IMG/VR virus record: IMGVR_UViG_3300045243_000070
Coordinates: 8,982-72,981 of that record
Reading direction: 5' to 3' (one strand)
DNA from: a virus
Length of the DNA: 64,000 nt
Position 1 is the first letter of the stretch; each line of letters begins with the position of its first letter. This document shows positions 53,874 to 64,000 of the stretch, piece after piece. A program made the position numbers and the translations under genes. The notes beneath the pieces were generated by a model that was given only the letters and a program-made list of their open reading frames with translations, was not told where the DNA came from and did not search any database.

Positions 53874-54309
53874 GGCCAAAGAAGAACTCCACTCTATAAA
53901 TTTTTGGTTCAGAAAGAAATATAATTTAGCTCCAACAGACCCTAGATACTTGGAAATGACTCAGGAAGACATCCACACAGAATATTTTATGTATATTCTA
54001 GAGGAGAATCCTGGGTTCAAGCTAGAGGACTTGGATAGAACTTCTACTTCTGATGAAGAGTGGATGAAGGACCAACAAAGAGAGCATACCAACGAAGTTC
54101 TAAAGAAAGCTTTTGAAGGGAAATTAGACGAGCTTAAAAAAGCAGCCGAAGAACTTGGGAAGATAAAACCTTCTGGGTTGAGTCCTCTTGAAGCTGCAAG
54201 GAATAAAGTTAAAGTCTCTTTAAAGTCAAAATTTAATAAACAAATTAATCTCCCAGCTTCGTTAGGTGGGGATGATGAATTTGAAGAAATAATTAGAGAG
54301 ACGAACTAA
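53827..54309 (+). CDS. tail assembly chaperone extension (GT-like, reached by +1 frameshift)
   Basis: frame open from 53827 with FWFRKKYNLAPTDPRYL upstream of any start codon. Confidence 0.7.
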   Translation, partial: PTTPFFVKPLSDSYSKAKEELHSINFWFRKKYNLAPTDPRYLEMTQEDIHTEYFMYILEENPGFKLEDLDRTSTSDEEWMKDQQREHTNEVLKKAFEGKLDELKKAAEELGKIKPSGLSPLEAARNKVKVSLKSKFNKQINLPASLGGDDEFEEIIRETN

Positions 54310-54342
54310 AATTAGTCTCTCTTTTTATTTACGGAGTTTTAG

Positions 54343-56136
54343 ATGCCAGATTTAAATTTAAATATTCATACACTTGGTTCAAAAGAAGCCATCAAGAGTG
54401 TCAAAGACATTAATAGTGTCATAAAAGACATGTCCAAACTGGCTAAGAACTCTGCGTTTGGTGATATGAATGCTAAGCAGGTTGGTAAGGCAGATAAGCT
54501 CCTTAAACAATTTAACACTACTCAGATGCAGACCATAAAGCTTGCCAAAGAGTATGGGGCTCAGGTTAATGTTCTGAATAAAGCTCTTCAGCAAACCGAA
54601 GCCATCTACGGGAAGAGTAAACAAGGTAGAGAACAATTAAAGTCACTCACATCGATGAGAGACGAAGCTAGGCTTAATGCTCGTAGACTACAAGGCTCTG
54701 TTAACCGTGGGCGTGGAATTGCTGGGGAGATTGCTGAATCGAGAGGTTCTTCAAATCCATCAGAAGGCCCTGGATTATTCGGCGGGGTTGCTAAAGGAGC
54801 GGGGCTTGGAGTCCTATCGATGGGGGCAATTGGGTTCGTCATTGGAAAAGCTATTATGGCGGGTGTTCAACAATCCAATAAAAACCTTGCCTCCATTACT
54901 CAAATTGCAGGTTCCTCAAGAGGGGGCACTTCGGGACTTTTAAATGAGATAGCTACGTCTTTTGGCCCAGGTTCTATAACTGCCGAAGCTGCGTCTATGG
55001 GGTTTGGAAGTAAACAAAAGCTTCTTGAAGAGATGCAATCTCAGCAAAATACTGGTCTAACAGCAGACCACAGAAGCATTATTGATGCTCTGGCTATGTC
55101 CCGCATTGGGGTCAGTACAGACCAATCTCACGCTCTTATGGCTATGCAGTCCGCTGGAATGCCAGCCGTTGCTACAGACCCAACTAAGAATGGAGGTAAA
55201 ACTGCCTCAAGTTTCGTCAATTTCAAGAGAATTATGGCTGAGGCTGTCACAGTAGGTATGACGGGCGTTAAGTCGGGTGATTTCATTGATAGCGTTAATC
55301 GCATGGCTGATGTTACCCTTAAAACCGCAGGTTCTGTGGACGTGGGTAGAATTGCAGATACGATGGCTGCTGCAGCTCGTTTGAACAGGTCAAGCCTGCA
55401 GGGTGAGCAAGGTGCAGCAAACATGGCTACCCTTCAAACATCGCTATTAAATCCAGGTGGCGGTATTGCCGGTAAAATGTTATCCCTTCAAGCTGGGGGT
55501 TTTGGCACATCTACGTGGGATGTTTTGAAAGCTCAGCGTAACCTTGAGGGTGGCCTGACACAACAATCAGTTGGAACTGTTTTTGGGGCTCTACGTGGAA
55601 AAGGTGAAGCCGGATACGCTGCATTGAGAGAAATAACTCACGGTGGAATTTCTGCCAATGTTGCTAAAGACATGCTCGATGCCTCTTTTAACTCTCATCC
55701 AGAGATTAAGGGTTCAAAGTCCTACCACCTAGAAGACCTTATGGGGAACAGTCCGGCGGTTAAGGCTATTATTGGAAAACTTCCAGCCCAACAAATGCAA
55801 ATTTTAACTGAGTTCCAAAAAAAGATTGCCGAGGCTGGACCTGTTGCCGAAGCTGATGTGTTCAAACAAGCTTTGATGGACACAATTATGGACCCTATTG
55901 TTTCAATCGCTAACGCCACTCAAAAAATGGCCTTTGGTTGGGGATTTGCTGAAACCCCTACAGAAAAAGCTGACACCAGAACCCACCGCATGGTTAGCCT
56001 TACTGATGCTGGAAGTGCTTCCCCTGCAGCAGCTGGGCCAACACCAGCTGGATATTCGGTCAACCCAGGTACAAAATGGACTAGACAGCCTGGAACTTAC
56101 GGGGCTGAGGATAAAGGGGAGTTGGCTAAACAATAA
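54343..56136 (+). CDS. tape measure protein
   Basis: Ala/Gly-rich helical protein after the chaperones. Confidence 0.75.
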   Translation: MPDLNLNIHTLGSKEAIKSVKDINSVIKDMSKLAKNSAFGDMNAKQVGKADKLLKQFNTTQMQTIKLAKEYGAQVNVLNKALQQTEAIYGKSKQGREQLKSLTSMRDEARLNARRLQGSVNRGRGIAGEIAESRGSSNPSEGPGLFGGVAKGAGLGVLSMGAIGFVIGKAIMAGVQQSNKNLASITQIAGSSRGGTSGLLNEIATSFGPGSITAEAASMGFGSKQKLLEEMQSQQNTGLTADHRSIIDALAMSRIGVSTDQSHALMAMQSAGMPAVATDPTKNGGKTASSFVNFKRIMAEAVTVGMTGVKSGDFIDSVNRMADVTLKTAGSVDVGRIADTMAAAARLNRSSLQGEQGAANMATLQTSLLNPGGGIAGKMLSLQAGGFGTSTWDVLKAQRNLEGGLTQQSVGTVFGALRGKGEAGYAALREITHGGISANVAKDMLDASFNSHPEIKGSKSYHLEDLMGNSPAVKAIIGKLPAQQMQILTEFQKKIAEAGPVAEADVFKQALMDTIMDPIVSIANATQKMAFGWGFAETPTEKADTRTHRMVSLTDAGSASPAAAGPTPAGYSVNPGTKWTRQPGTYGAEDKGELAKQ

Positions 56137-57845
56137 TGAACAACCTACGTTCCTACGCTAAACTAACCTTTTCAACTTCTACTGGAAACTCATTGGTCAT
56201 CGATGATGCCAATAACGATATTCTGGCGGTAACTACTTGTAAAGAGATATCTAATCCAAACGGCGTGTTCTCAATTCTTCTTAGCCCAAGAATAGCAAAA
56301 CAGCTTACCGTTAACCGTGGGTCTTTACTAATTTCGGACTTAATCAGACCTTACGATTTAGTTCAAATTGAGTTTAAAGTAGATGGTAGTGGATACCACA
56401 CGGAAATGATTGGTCTTGTTACAAGAGCTGCCGTCTCTCTAAGTATTGGAGAAAACGGAACTCCTCAGAGGGTTATCAAAATTGATGGATTTGATTTTGG
56501 CATGGCTTTAAAGAACTTTAAGATTTACTTCAGCCCATTCATTACTTCGAGAGATTTGCGTCAATACGGTGGTCAGCTTTATTTTGGAAAAAACAATAAG
56601 ATTTTTAGAAGCAATAACCCGAAAGAGTTTATTCAAAACTTTGTCAACCTTTCGGTTGCTGGTGCTGGAACTCCAGGCCCAGGTCAAATTTTCTACCCAC
56701 TTACCTTTAACAACAAGTTAAAATTAACTGACTATATGGATTTTTACACAAACATTTCAACAGCTTTTGAAGAACACCGACTTGTAGACCCATTCATTCT
56801 AACAAATATTCAAGCGAATGTTGAACAATCAGTTTATGATATCGTAAAGTTTTATTCGGACTTGCCTTATCATGAAGTTTTTATGGATTTAAGAAGACCT
56901 GGAAAAGATGCTATGGGTAAAGTTTGGTCGGTTGAAGAGGCCGAGGCCACACATAAGTTAAATCCTATAACAAATCAAGCTTCTTTTAATGTTACTACAC
57001 CGACATCCGGCCCAGGAGGGCAAGGAATAACCCCAAGAACTGGCTATCAACCTTATGTGTTTACAATGAGAACGGCTCCATTTAGCCAGGGTTCGGATAG
57101 TTGGGATGGCCTAAGTTACCACAATTACAGCCCAACGGATGTTATTGATATGGACGTTTCTACTTCCGAGCAGAATGTTTTTAATTATTTCGATGTTGTT
57201 TGTGAACGCCAAAGTTTTGCTTTGGGAGACAATCAAGAGGCTTACGTGTCCGAGCAAGCTATCACTAAAGACCCTGTAACGGGTCAGGATATAATCAGGT
57301 TTCCAATACAGGACCAAGATTCGGTGAATCGATTTGGTATAAAGAGATTCCCTTTCCACAATACAAAATATGTTACGTTTATCCAATCAGCTAACCATAA
57401 AAAAACTAAAGGTAAATCCACCTTTCCACAAGAAAACCTTTTTCCTTTAAAACAAATTAGGTCTTTAGCTAGACAGCTATTTAGATGGTTCTCTTTCGGA
57501 GAAACGTTTGAAAGTGGTGTTATTTCTTTCAAGGGTCGTGTAGGTGTAGGTCCTTCTGGTCTTACGATGGGCTCACGCCTTGTAGAGCTAGGCCCTAACT
57601 CAACTCCAACAGGTAAAGAATTCTACATCGAAAGTGTCATGCAAGAGTTCAAGTTAGGTAACCCATTAAAAACTACGGCCTCCGTAACAAGAGGGCATTA
57701 TCCAAGAGATTGGACCGACCCAACAAATCCAAGCAAAACGTATCAGGGAAGATTTAGCAGAGTAAAGCAAACAGAGATAGCTTTGCACATCGACCAAGCT
57801 CACAATAGTCAATACTTCAACCCAATCGATGATGAGGACTTTTAA
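56136..57845 (+). CDS. baseplate hub protein
   Basis: position after the TMP; G.FSILL, I.G.DF, PYHEVF, FYIESV.QEF..TTASVTRG. Confidence 0.75.
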   Translation: MNNLRSYAKLTFSTSTGNSLVIDDANNDILAVTTCKEISNPNGVFSILLSPRIAKQLTVNRGSLLISDLIRPYDLVQIEFKVDGSGYHTEMIGLVTRAAVSLSIGENGTPQRVIKIDGFDFGMALKNFKIYFSPFITSRDLRQYGGQLYFGKNNKIFRSNNPKEFIQNFVNLSVAGAGTPGPGQIFYPLTFNNKLKLTDYMDFYTNISTAFEEHRLVDPFILTNIQANVEQSVYDIVKFYSDLPYHEVFMDLRRPGKDAMGKVWSVEEAEATHKLNPITNQASFNVTTPTSGPGGQGITPRTGYQPYVFTMRTAPFSQGSDSWDGLSYHNYSPTDVIDMDVSTSEQNVFNYFDVVCERQSFALGDNQEAYVSEQAITKDPVTGQDIIRFPIQDQDSVNRFGIKRFPFHNTKYVTFIQSANHKKTKGKSTFPQENLFPLKQIRSLARQLFRWFSFGETFESGVISFKGRVGVGPSGLTMGSRLVELGPNSTPTGKEFYIESVMQEFKLGNPLKTTASVTRGHYPRDWTDPTNPSKTYQGRFSRVKQTEIALHIDQAHNSQYFNPIDDEDF

Positions 57846-58720
57846 TGACTCTATATTCTCCAGAAGGTAACCGAAAGCAATCAATCATTGAGGACGCTAA
57901 ACGTCCATATGAGATATTGTCACAACCCTTTCCTTTAATGGCTGGAACTATTATCGATGTTTTGGCTGTGGACAGAACAGACTCGGAAGGAAACTTATTA
58001 AACCTTCCTGGGACCTATCTAACGTATACGGTCCAACTTGCACCCACGGGGGTTGTTATTCAAGATGTTCCAACCCTGATGTCGGGTGGTCACACAAAAT
58101 TTTTTACAAACACTTCGGCGAGTCCGGCCCTCACATTTCAAAATTCTGAGGAAACCCCTTATGTGATAGGACAACCTGTCATTATAGGGTTTTTAAATGG
58201 AAGTAGTTTCAACCCAATTATCTTAGGCTCCGCTTCCTGCCAGATGAATGCTACTACGATGAGTGATGATGGGGAAGACCCTTTCCCACTCGACCCACAA
58301 ACTATGGGTAATGGGGCTAAGCCTGGAGACCCTCCTCAGTTAGACCCAACTACTGGAGCAAGCAGCGGTGATAACATCTACCCACAAAAGCAGGGAATAT
58401 TTCAAGGAACTTCTTGGAAAATTGACAAGAATGGAAACCCTACTGTAAATATTATTACAAATGGTAAACTTATGGTACAGGTGAATGGAGTTCCTTTCAT
58501 CACTGTCGATGGTGAAAATAACTTGGTCGATATTGGTACGGGGGCTGAGTTTGGAATAATGGGCGAAACTCTAAAAAACTTCCTAACTAATTTCATAAAT
58601 AATGAGTTTAATACTCACACTCACGTATCTGTTACTTCGATTGGAATTCCAACACCTCCAGTTGTCCCAGCAACACCCCCAGGAAGCAATATTTTAACAA
58701 CCGTTTTAAAGGTAGAATAA
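57845..58720 (+). CDS. baseplate central spike protein
   Basis: OB-like N-terminus (GQPVIIGFLNG..PIILG); C-terminal FNTHTH metal-binding apex. Confidence 0.75.
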   Translation: MTLYSPEGNRKQSIIEDAKRPYEILSQPFPLMAGTIIDVLAVDRTDSEGNLLNLPGTYLTYTVQLAPTGVVIQDVPTLMSGGHTKFFTNTSASPALTFQNSEETPYVIGQPVIIGFLNGSSFNPIILGSASCQMNATTMSDDGEDPFPLDPQTMGNGAKPGDPPQLDPTTGASSGDNIYPQKQGIFQGTSWKIDKNGNPTVNIITNGKLMVQVNGVPFITVDGENNLVDIGTGAEFGIMGETLKNFLTNFINNEFNTHTHVSVTSIGIPTPPVVPATPPGSNILTTVLKVE

Positions 58721-58721
58721 C

Positions 58722-60485
58722 ATGCCACGTAACTCAAACTTACCCTCAACCGATGTCTTAAATAACGGGCATCCACCAAACATACCCAATAGACAGCCCA
58801 GTGCTACCGACTTGCCTCTTGCGGGGAATAATTTCCTTCAAGCCAGCTACTCTTTTGTTTTTACAAGTATGAAGACAGGAAAACCAGTTGTATCTGAGCT
58901 GACTCTTGTAGTTAATCCAGAAGAGTTTCAACAAACTGAATCTTCAACAGCCAATGTTGTTCTAACGGCTGGGGATGTTTTCAGTGACACTTTTGGAGCC
59001 GGATTAACAAGAATCAGAATTTCCGGTACGTTTGGTCAGCGCCCAAAAGCAGGGTCGGGCTCAGGCCAACTAGAGGCTCTTCGTCTTCGTAAGTTTTTCA
59101 GACAGTATTTAGATGAAGTTAACCCAATAACTACAAAAGACTTTGTTGCGAATGCCGGAGCTAAACTACAATTTTTTAATCCTAAAGATAATGAGTACTG
59201 GGATATTGAAATCCCAGGAGATTACTTAACTATCTCTAGGTCTAAAACTTCTCCATTCCTTTACAGATACTCTCTAAATTTTATTGGGATGACACCAAGC
59301 ACACAGACTGGGATTTACGACTTTCTACAGTCCATAACAAAAACTGCAAACAGTGTCCCAATTATAAACCAAAACATCACCGACATTTTGACAGAGGCGG
59401 CTACAAGAACTCAACAGATAGCTACAACCTCAACTTCAATTGGTTTGGGAGCCGTGTTTTTTCCAAATCAGATTTTAACTCCGCTCACTAACCTCAATAC
59501 CGCCATTACAAATTTTGTCAATGGGAGCGCTCAGGTTATTAACTATCCGTTAGCTGGGGTGGACCAATTGGTAGCTAACTGCAGAACGATGTTGTCTGCT
59601 ATCGATACAGCGTATGATACTCATATTGTCAATGAACTGGCTGGAGCGGACGATGGGTTTAGGTATGACCCAAACGTTGATAACCTATTGGCTACCACGA
59701 TTCAAAACGTTGTTTTCATAACTATCTATGAAAATATATTCGTAAAAAATTACATCCAATCGGACTTTTATAATCAAACCAGTGTCTACGATTTAAACCT
59801 AGTTAACGTCAATTTAAATAACATTACAAGTGTTATCTATGGTCAGGTGAGTATTGGAGACACAATAGAGTCTTTGGCGTTAAAGGGAATGGGGAGTGTT
59901 TCATTTTGGAAAACTTTAGCTGAGTTTAACAACCTTGTATACCCATTCATCTACATTGTCGACCCAAACAACCCAGACGATTTTCAACCAGAAAAAACTC
60001 TAGGTGTTGGTATGAACATAGCATTCCCTCAATTCAACAGTCAGTCAGAGAACAGCCTGATTCTAGGTAAAACAACTGGTGGGCCTAACACGAATGACTT
60101 TGCTTTCGGTGAAGATTTTCTTCTGGACGAAACAAACGACATAATTATTGATTCCAAGGGAGAAATTTTAACTGTTGTTGGAATTGATAACTTGCTTCAA
60201 GCCGTTGCTATTAAGTTTAATGTAATGCAGGGAGAATTAATCACACATTTAAACTTTGGTCTTCCAAACCTGCTTGGGTATAGAACCCTATCCTTTGTAA
60301 CTTCCCTCGCTGCAAGCGCCTTAAAATCAACAATTTTGAGTGACACTAGAATCAAAAGCGTAACGAATATCCAAGTATCGATTCAAGACGATGTTTTGAG
60401 CTATACTTGTGAAATTCAGCCAAACTTTACTTCAGAACCCATCGTCTTAGAAGGCACAATCGGTGGGAACATAGCTAACCCGTAA
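58722..60485 (+). CDS. baseplate protein (tube-initiator-like, LysM-like and gp25-like wedge fusion)
   Basis: LVVNPEE..., GDTIESLA...W..LAEFNNL.YP, G.DNLLQA...GEL..H..FG...D.RI. Confidence 0.7.
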   Translation: MPRNSNLPSTDVLNNGHPPNIPNRQPSATDLPLAGNNFLQASYSFVFTSMKTGKPVVSELTLVVNPEEFQQTESSTANVVLTAGDVFSDTFGAGLTRIRISGTFGQRPKAGSGSGQLEALRLRKFFRQYLDEVNPITTKDFVANAGAKLQFFNPKDNEYWDIEIPGDYLTISRSKTSPFLYRYSLNFIGMTPSTQTGIYDFLQSITKTANSVPIINQNITDILTEAATRTQQIATTSTSIGLGAVFFPNQILTPLTNLNTAITNFVNGSAQVINYPLAGVDQLVANCRTMLSAIDTAYDTHIVNELAGADDGFRYDPNVDNLLATTIQNVVFITIYENIFVKNYIQSDFYNQTSVYDLNLVNVNLNNITSVIYGQVSIGDTIESLALKGMGSVSFWKTLAEFNNLVYPFIYIVDPNNPDDFQPEKTLGVGMNIAFPQFNSQSENSLILGKTTGGPNTNDFAFGEDFLLDETNDIIIDSKGEILTVVGIDNLLQAVAIKFNVMQGELITHLNFGLPNLLGYRTLSFVTSLAASALKSTILSDTRIKSVTNIQVSIQDDVLSYTCEIQPNFTSEPIVLEGTIGGNIANP

Positions 60486-60496
60486 ACCAAAAAAGC

Positions 60497-60507
60497 TAAA
60501 TTTTAGC
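60497..60507 (+). promoter_or_regulatory. putative late promoter motif
   Basis: GCTAAATTTTAGC, here a perfect palindrome, before baseplate J. Confidence 0.7.
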
Positions 60508-60524
60508 CTATATATTAGGAGTAA

Positions 60525-62558
60525 TTGATGTCCACCTTTGTCACACAGCCATTTAACCCACAAACATACAATCAAGTTTTGCAGGCTCTGGTCTCATACA
60601 TGTCAGCTCAATCGAGCGTCACGGATGCGAATATTGGGGCTGTAAATAGAACTTTTTTTGAATCAATTGCTTTAGTTATCGATAATGCGTATTTTCAGAT
60701 GGTTAACGTTTTAAATGCGTTCTACATCAATACGGCTACGGGCGTTGACCTAGACAGACGTGGTACGGACTTTAATTTACCTCGATTCCTCAATAGCTCC
60801 TCTGTCGTAACTCTATTCTTTTCTGGAACAATTGGAACTCTTGTCCCTGCCGGAACAATTTGCTACTCCGCTGCTTCTGGGAACACACCTCAATTAAACT
60901 TTATTACTCAAAATGATGGTACAGTCGGTCCAACTGGTATTACAGCTATATGTACAACTACTGGAGCTATTGGTAACGTTTCCCCAAACACCATTGTTAA
61001 CATCCAAAATAATCCTAACTTCTCTTTAATTACAAGCGTCACAAACCCCTCCGCAGCTGTTGGTGGTTTTGACCAAGAGTCGGATGCTTCCTACAGAACC
61101 AGAATCATCGCCTATCTTACGTCTCTAAGTCAAGGTACGGTTAATGCCATTACCAGCGCCCTGTTAAATATACCAACGGCGGGGATTACGGAAGTTAAAA
61201 TATTACAGATTAACTTAAGCCCATCAAACCCAGGCGGTCCCTCTACTGGCTACGCTCTTTCGTTCACGCCACCATACACAAATGAAAACTCAGACCTTCA
61301 GGGAACGATCTACAGTGCTTTAAGTACTGTTGTTGATTTGGCTACAGTAGCTGCTCTACCTACCAATACTTACTCAAACGGAGCTGCGGGTGTTGGGGCC
61401 ACTTTAACCGCTACTTCAAATGGTCTTCTATTCGTTGACGGCGTTGCGGTTGTTAACGGGAACAGAGTTTTAATAAAAGACGAAGTAGCTACTGAAAATA
61501 ATGGAGTCTATGTTGTTATTCAAGCTGGGGATGGTTCTGACCCTTACGTATTGATTCGTGCCACAGATTTGAATGTTAACACACAATTCACCAACTACAG
61601 AACAACTATATCCTCTGGCGGGACTTTATCGGGCCAAACGTTTATTCAAACTTTGACCATAGCTACAATTGGGACGGACCCAGTAAGCTTCAGCGAAGTT
61701 AACAGCTGTGACGTTGCTACAACAATCCCCCTTTTCCCAGCAAACACTTACACACATCTTGGTGGACCCGATGGGGTTGGGGATTATCTATTAGCTTCAT
61801 CTAACGGGTTCCTAATAGTTGACGGCGTTAGTATGGTTGTCGGAAAAAGAATACTCGTTAAAGACGAAGTGGCTCCAGCCTACAACGGTGTTTACAGTGT
61901 TACCATCGCTGGTGATTCTTCCACGGCATATAAGCTCACTAGGGTCACCGACTTGGACGAAACTACTGAATTCCCCAACTACACAGCTTTCGTTCTTGGA
62001 GGATTAGTTCAATCGGGTTCTACGTATATTCAGACAAACTTATCGGTAACAGCTGTTGGAACCGACCCAATTAATTTCTCTGAAGTTACGGGATTGGTTA
62101 TTCCACCTCCAATTCCAAACTCCCCAGGAAGCATTGTCATCATTATTGACAATGGAGACGGTTCTTTACCATTCCAATCTGTAACCTCCGCTTTAAATGT
62201 TGCTAACGGAGTACCAACAAATTATGCTACTTATCCCGGCGTTGTTTCTGCCGGAATCCAGGCTTTTGTTACTAGACCTTCGTTAAGACAGCAACCGATT
62301 GTTTTAACTATCATTACGGACCCTAATTCGGTTTTAACTTCCGCTCAGATAGCCGAAAATGTTAAGACGGCGATTAACGCTTATTTTGTTCAATTACCTA
62401 TCGGTGGAACAATCTATCGAAGCGAAATCATTGACGTTGTTATGAACGTCTCTGGTGTTATTAACGTCCCTGAAGCAGCTTTTACTGACCCCGCCTCAGA
62501 TACAACTGTGAATTCATATGTTCGTTCAATTCCAGGCCTACTGACAATAAATTATTAA
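60525..62558 (+). CDS. baseplate J-like wedge protein with two inserted tandem domains
   Basis: ATGVDLD, G..GNV, VTNP.A.VGG.D.ESDA.YR.RI; C-terminal LPIGG.IYRSEI. Confidence 0.85.
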   Translation: MMSTFVTQPFNPQTYNQVLQALVSYMSAQSSVTDANIGAVNRTFFESIALVIDNAYFQMVNVLNAFYINTATGVDLDRRGTDFNLPRFLNSSSVVTLFFSGTIGTLVPAGTICYSAASGNTPQLNFITQNDGTVGPTGITAICTTTGAIGNVSPNTIVNIQNNPNFSLITSVTNPSAAVGGFDQESDASYRTRIIAYLTSLSQGTVNAITSALLNIPTAGITEVKILQINLSPSNPGGPSTGYALSFTPPYTNENSDLQGTIYSALSTVVDLATVAALPTNTYSNGAAGVGATLTATSNGLLFVDGVAVVNGNRVLIKDEVATENNGVYVVIQAGDGSDPYVLIRATDLNVNTQFTNYRTTISSGGTLSGQTFIQTLTIATIGTDPVSFSEVNSCDVATTIPLFPANTYTHLGGPDGVGDYLLASSNGFLIVDGVSMVVGKRILVKDEVAPAYNGVYSVTIAGDSSTAYKLTRVTDLDETTEFPNYTAFVLGGLVQSGSTYIQTNLSVTAVGTDPINFSEVTGLVIPPPIPNSPGSIVIIIDNGDGSLPFQSVTSALNVANGVPTNYATYPGVVSAGIQAFVTRPSLRQQPIVLTIITDPNSVLTSAQIAENVKTAINAYFVQLPIGGTIYRSEIIDVVMNVSGVINVPEAAFTDPASDTTVNSYVRSIPGLLTINY

Positions 62559-62570
62559 TCGAGAAGTAAG

Positions 62571-64000
62571 ATGCCAATAAGCACCCTTGAATCCCTCTTA
62601 AAGAGAATTCCAGCTTTTTATAATAAATTTACTGGTACAAATCCAGTTAATACTGATATTAAAATACCTGCGCCACCAAGTATTTCGGTCCTTACTGTAG
62701 GAAATGCCCCGGTTGTTCAGGATTCCAGTAACATTGTAAAGGTTGCAAGCAGCGCTGCATTCAGTTTGGACTTACTGTTTGCTAACATTCAAACTACTAA
62801 AGACGTTTCCTATGTGGGTCAAGTTCCTGTCGATATTTCAAACATCGAACCATCGGCCCAAACAATAGATATTTCTTTAACGGCTCCAAATCCGGTAGCT
62901 ATGGTTACAGATTCTTTTGGTAACTATTACGTGGTTAGTGCTGATGGGTATGCCGTCCAACTAGACAGTACTGGTACTCTTATAGCTACATATGGAGCAC
63001 CTGGAACAAATCCAGATCAATTTACAGCACCGTCAGATATTTCAGTTCTTCCAGACGGAAGGGTCGTTATTTCGGACACTATTGACCCGACAGACTCTAA
63101 ATTAACTATTTGGCAAAACGATGGAACATTTATATCAGATTTTGTATACAGCACTCCATACACCTATCTATCTGTAGCCTACGACCCTATCAGTACCAAC
63201 ATCTACGCCCTCACAAGTGATTTGCGTGTTGAAAACTATGAGTCTGTGACCTATACAAGGCTCCAAGACTTATGGACTAATTTACCAACCGCTGTTTTGG
63301 TTTCTCCAAAACAAGTTCGTTGTGATGCTACTGGATACACATTTGTTTCAGATGACGATTCTGTTTTCGTTTTTCAGTCGGCAGTAAATCCCCTCGTTGG
63401 AAACGGGACGTTACTAGGCTCTTTTAATTCTCAAAATTTTCTACCTGGGACAACAAACTATATTGGGATTTCATTTATAGGAAACAGTTATGTTTTAGCT
63501 TACAACAGTGTTCGTCAAGTTGTTGAATTGTTTTCGTATGACCCGCTGTCCTCAATAACTAGCAGTTCGTTCACCTATGTGACATCGTTCTTCAGACAGG
63601 GTATTGGGACTGCCGATTTCTCTGCGGGAGGTTTTGGGGTAAGTGTAAATAACTTAAGTCAGATTATTTTTATGGACACAACTAATGAAAACCTAATTAT
63701 ATTGGATTTTGTTTTCTCACTCCCACTATTTGATGGTTTTTTTGAAGACACGGCGCTCCCAGGAAATGTGTTTGATATTTTTCAAACAATACGAGCAACC
63801 TATTCATACACAATCCCAGCTCTTCAAAATACTGGGGTTGTTACGTATACTATCGTCCAAAATGATGCGACCAGCACGTTCACAATTGTTTGTGAAGAGG
63901 TAGCTATTGAACCCGGAAACTATCAAGTATATAACTGGAGACCTGAAATTGGATTTTGGGAACCAGTGCAAATTATTAGCTATGTTACAGATACTTTCGT
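62571..64000 (+). CDS. baseplate/tail protein with beta-propeller (NHL-like) repeats, runs off the right edge
   Basis: ATG at 62571 (MPISTLESLLKRIPAFY...); QFTAPSDISVLPDGRVVISD-type repeats. Confidence 0.7.
   Translation, partial: MPISTLESLLKRIPAFYNKFTGTNPVNTDIKIPAPPSISVLTVGNAPVVQDSSNIVKVASSAAFSLDLLFANIQTTKDVSYVGQVPVDISNIEPSAQTIDISLTAPNPVAMVTDSFGNYYVVSADGYAVQLDSTGTLIATYGAPGTNPDQFTAPSDISVLPDGRVVISDTIDPTDSKLTIWQNDGTFISDFVYSTPYTYLSVAYDPISTNIYALTSDLRVENYESVTYTRLQDLWTNLPTAVLVSPKQVRCDATGYTFVSDDDSVFVFQSAVNPLVGNGTLLGSFNSQNFLPGTTNYIGISFIGNSYVLAYNSVRQVVELFSYDPLSSITSSSFTYVTSFFRQGIGTADFSAGGFGVSVNNLSQIIFMDTTNENLIILDFVFSLPLFDGFFEDTALPGNVFDIFQTIRATYSYTIPALQNTGVVTYTIVQNDATSTFTIVCEEVAIEPGNYQVYNWRPEIGFWEPVQIISYVTDTF

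Noticed and set aside
38522-63903. Short antisense or alternate-frame ORFs inside structural genes
   Set aside because: Fully nested in long conserved genes; explained by codon bias.
1-64000. Alternative genetic code (stop-codon recoding)
   Set aside because: Conserved genes are full length under code 11, and TAA, TAG and TGA all terminate genes, often with ATGA coupling.

Overview
64 kb of a large lytic dsDNA myovirus genome with a Herelleviridae (SPO1/Twort)-like structural module; the host cannot be determined from this window. There are four zones. (1) 1-10.8 kb is an early/host-takeover region of short minus-strand cassettes, each with a near-consensus sigma70 promoter, an AGGGGGC ribosome-binding site and often an intrinsic terminator. 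It includes ArdC and a GP88-like gene. It also carries a dispersed ~35-bp repeat family whose orientation flips at ~6.55-6.8 kb, and three paired TCTACA-N4-TGTAGA palindromes. (2) 11-37 kb is a dense, mostly minus-strand accessory region: HNH endonucleases, an MmcB-like nuclease, three tandem genes sharing a novel C-terminal Zn finger next to AlkB, a miniature TrpC-like protein, a Mesh1-type HD hydrolase and a phage sigma70. It ends in a contiguous block of two RNA ligases, PNK, CinA-NMNAT, NAMPT, Nudix, MazG-like and HD genes. (3) 37.1-37.6 kb is a cluster of three structured non-coding RNAs under two promoters, two of them tRNA-like but not canonical tRNAs. (4) 37.7-64 kb holds plus-strand head, neck, tail and baseplate genes. 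They are preceded by a recurring TAAATTTTAGC late-promoter motif, interrupted by two minus-strand accessory islands and three free-standing endonuclease-like genes, and include a +1 frameshifted tail chaperone. Protein family calls come from recognised motifs, not database searches.
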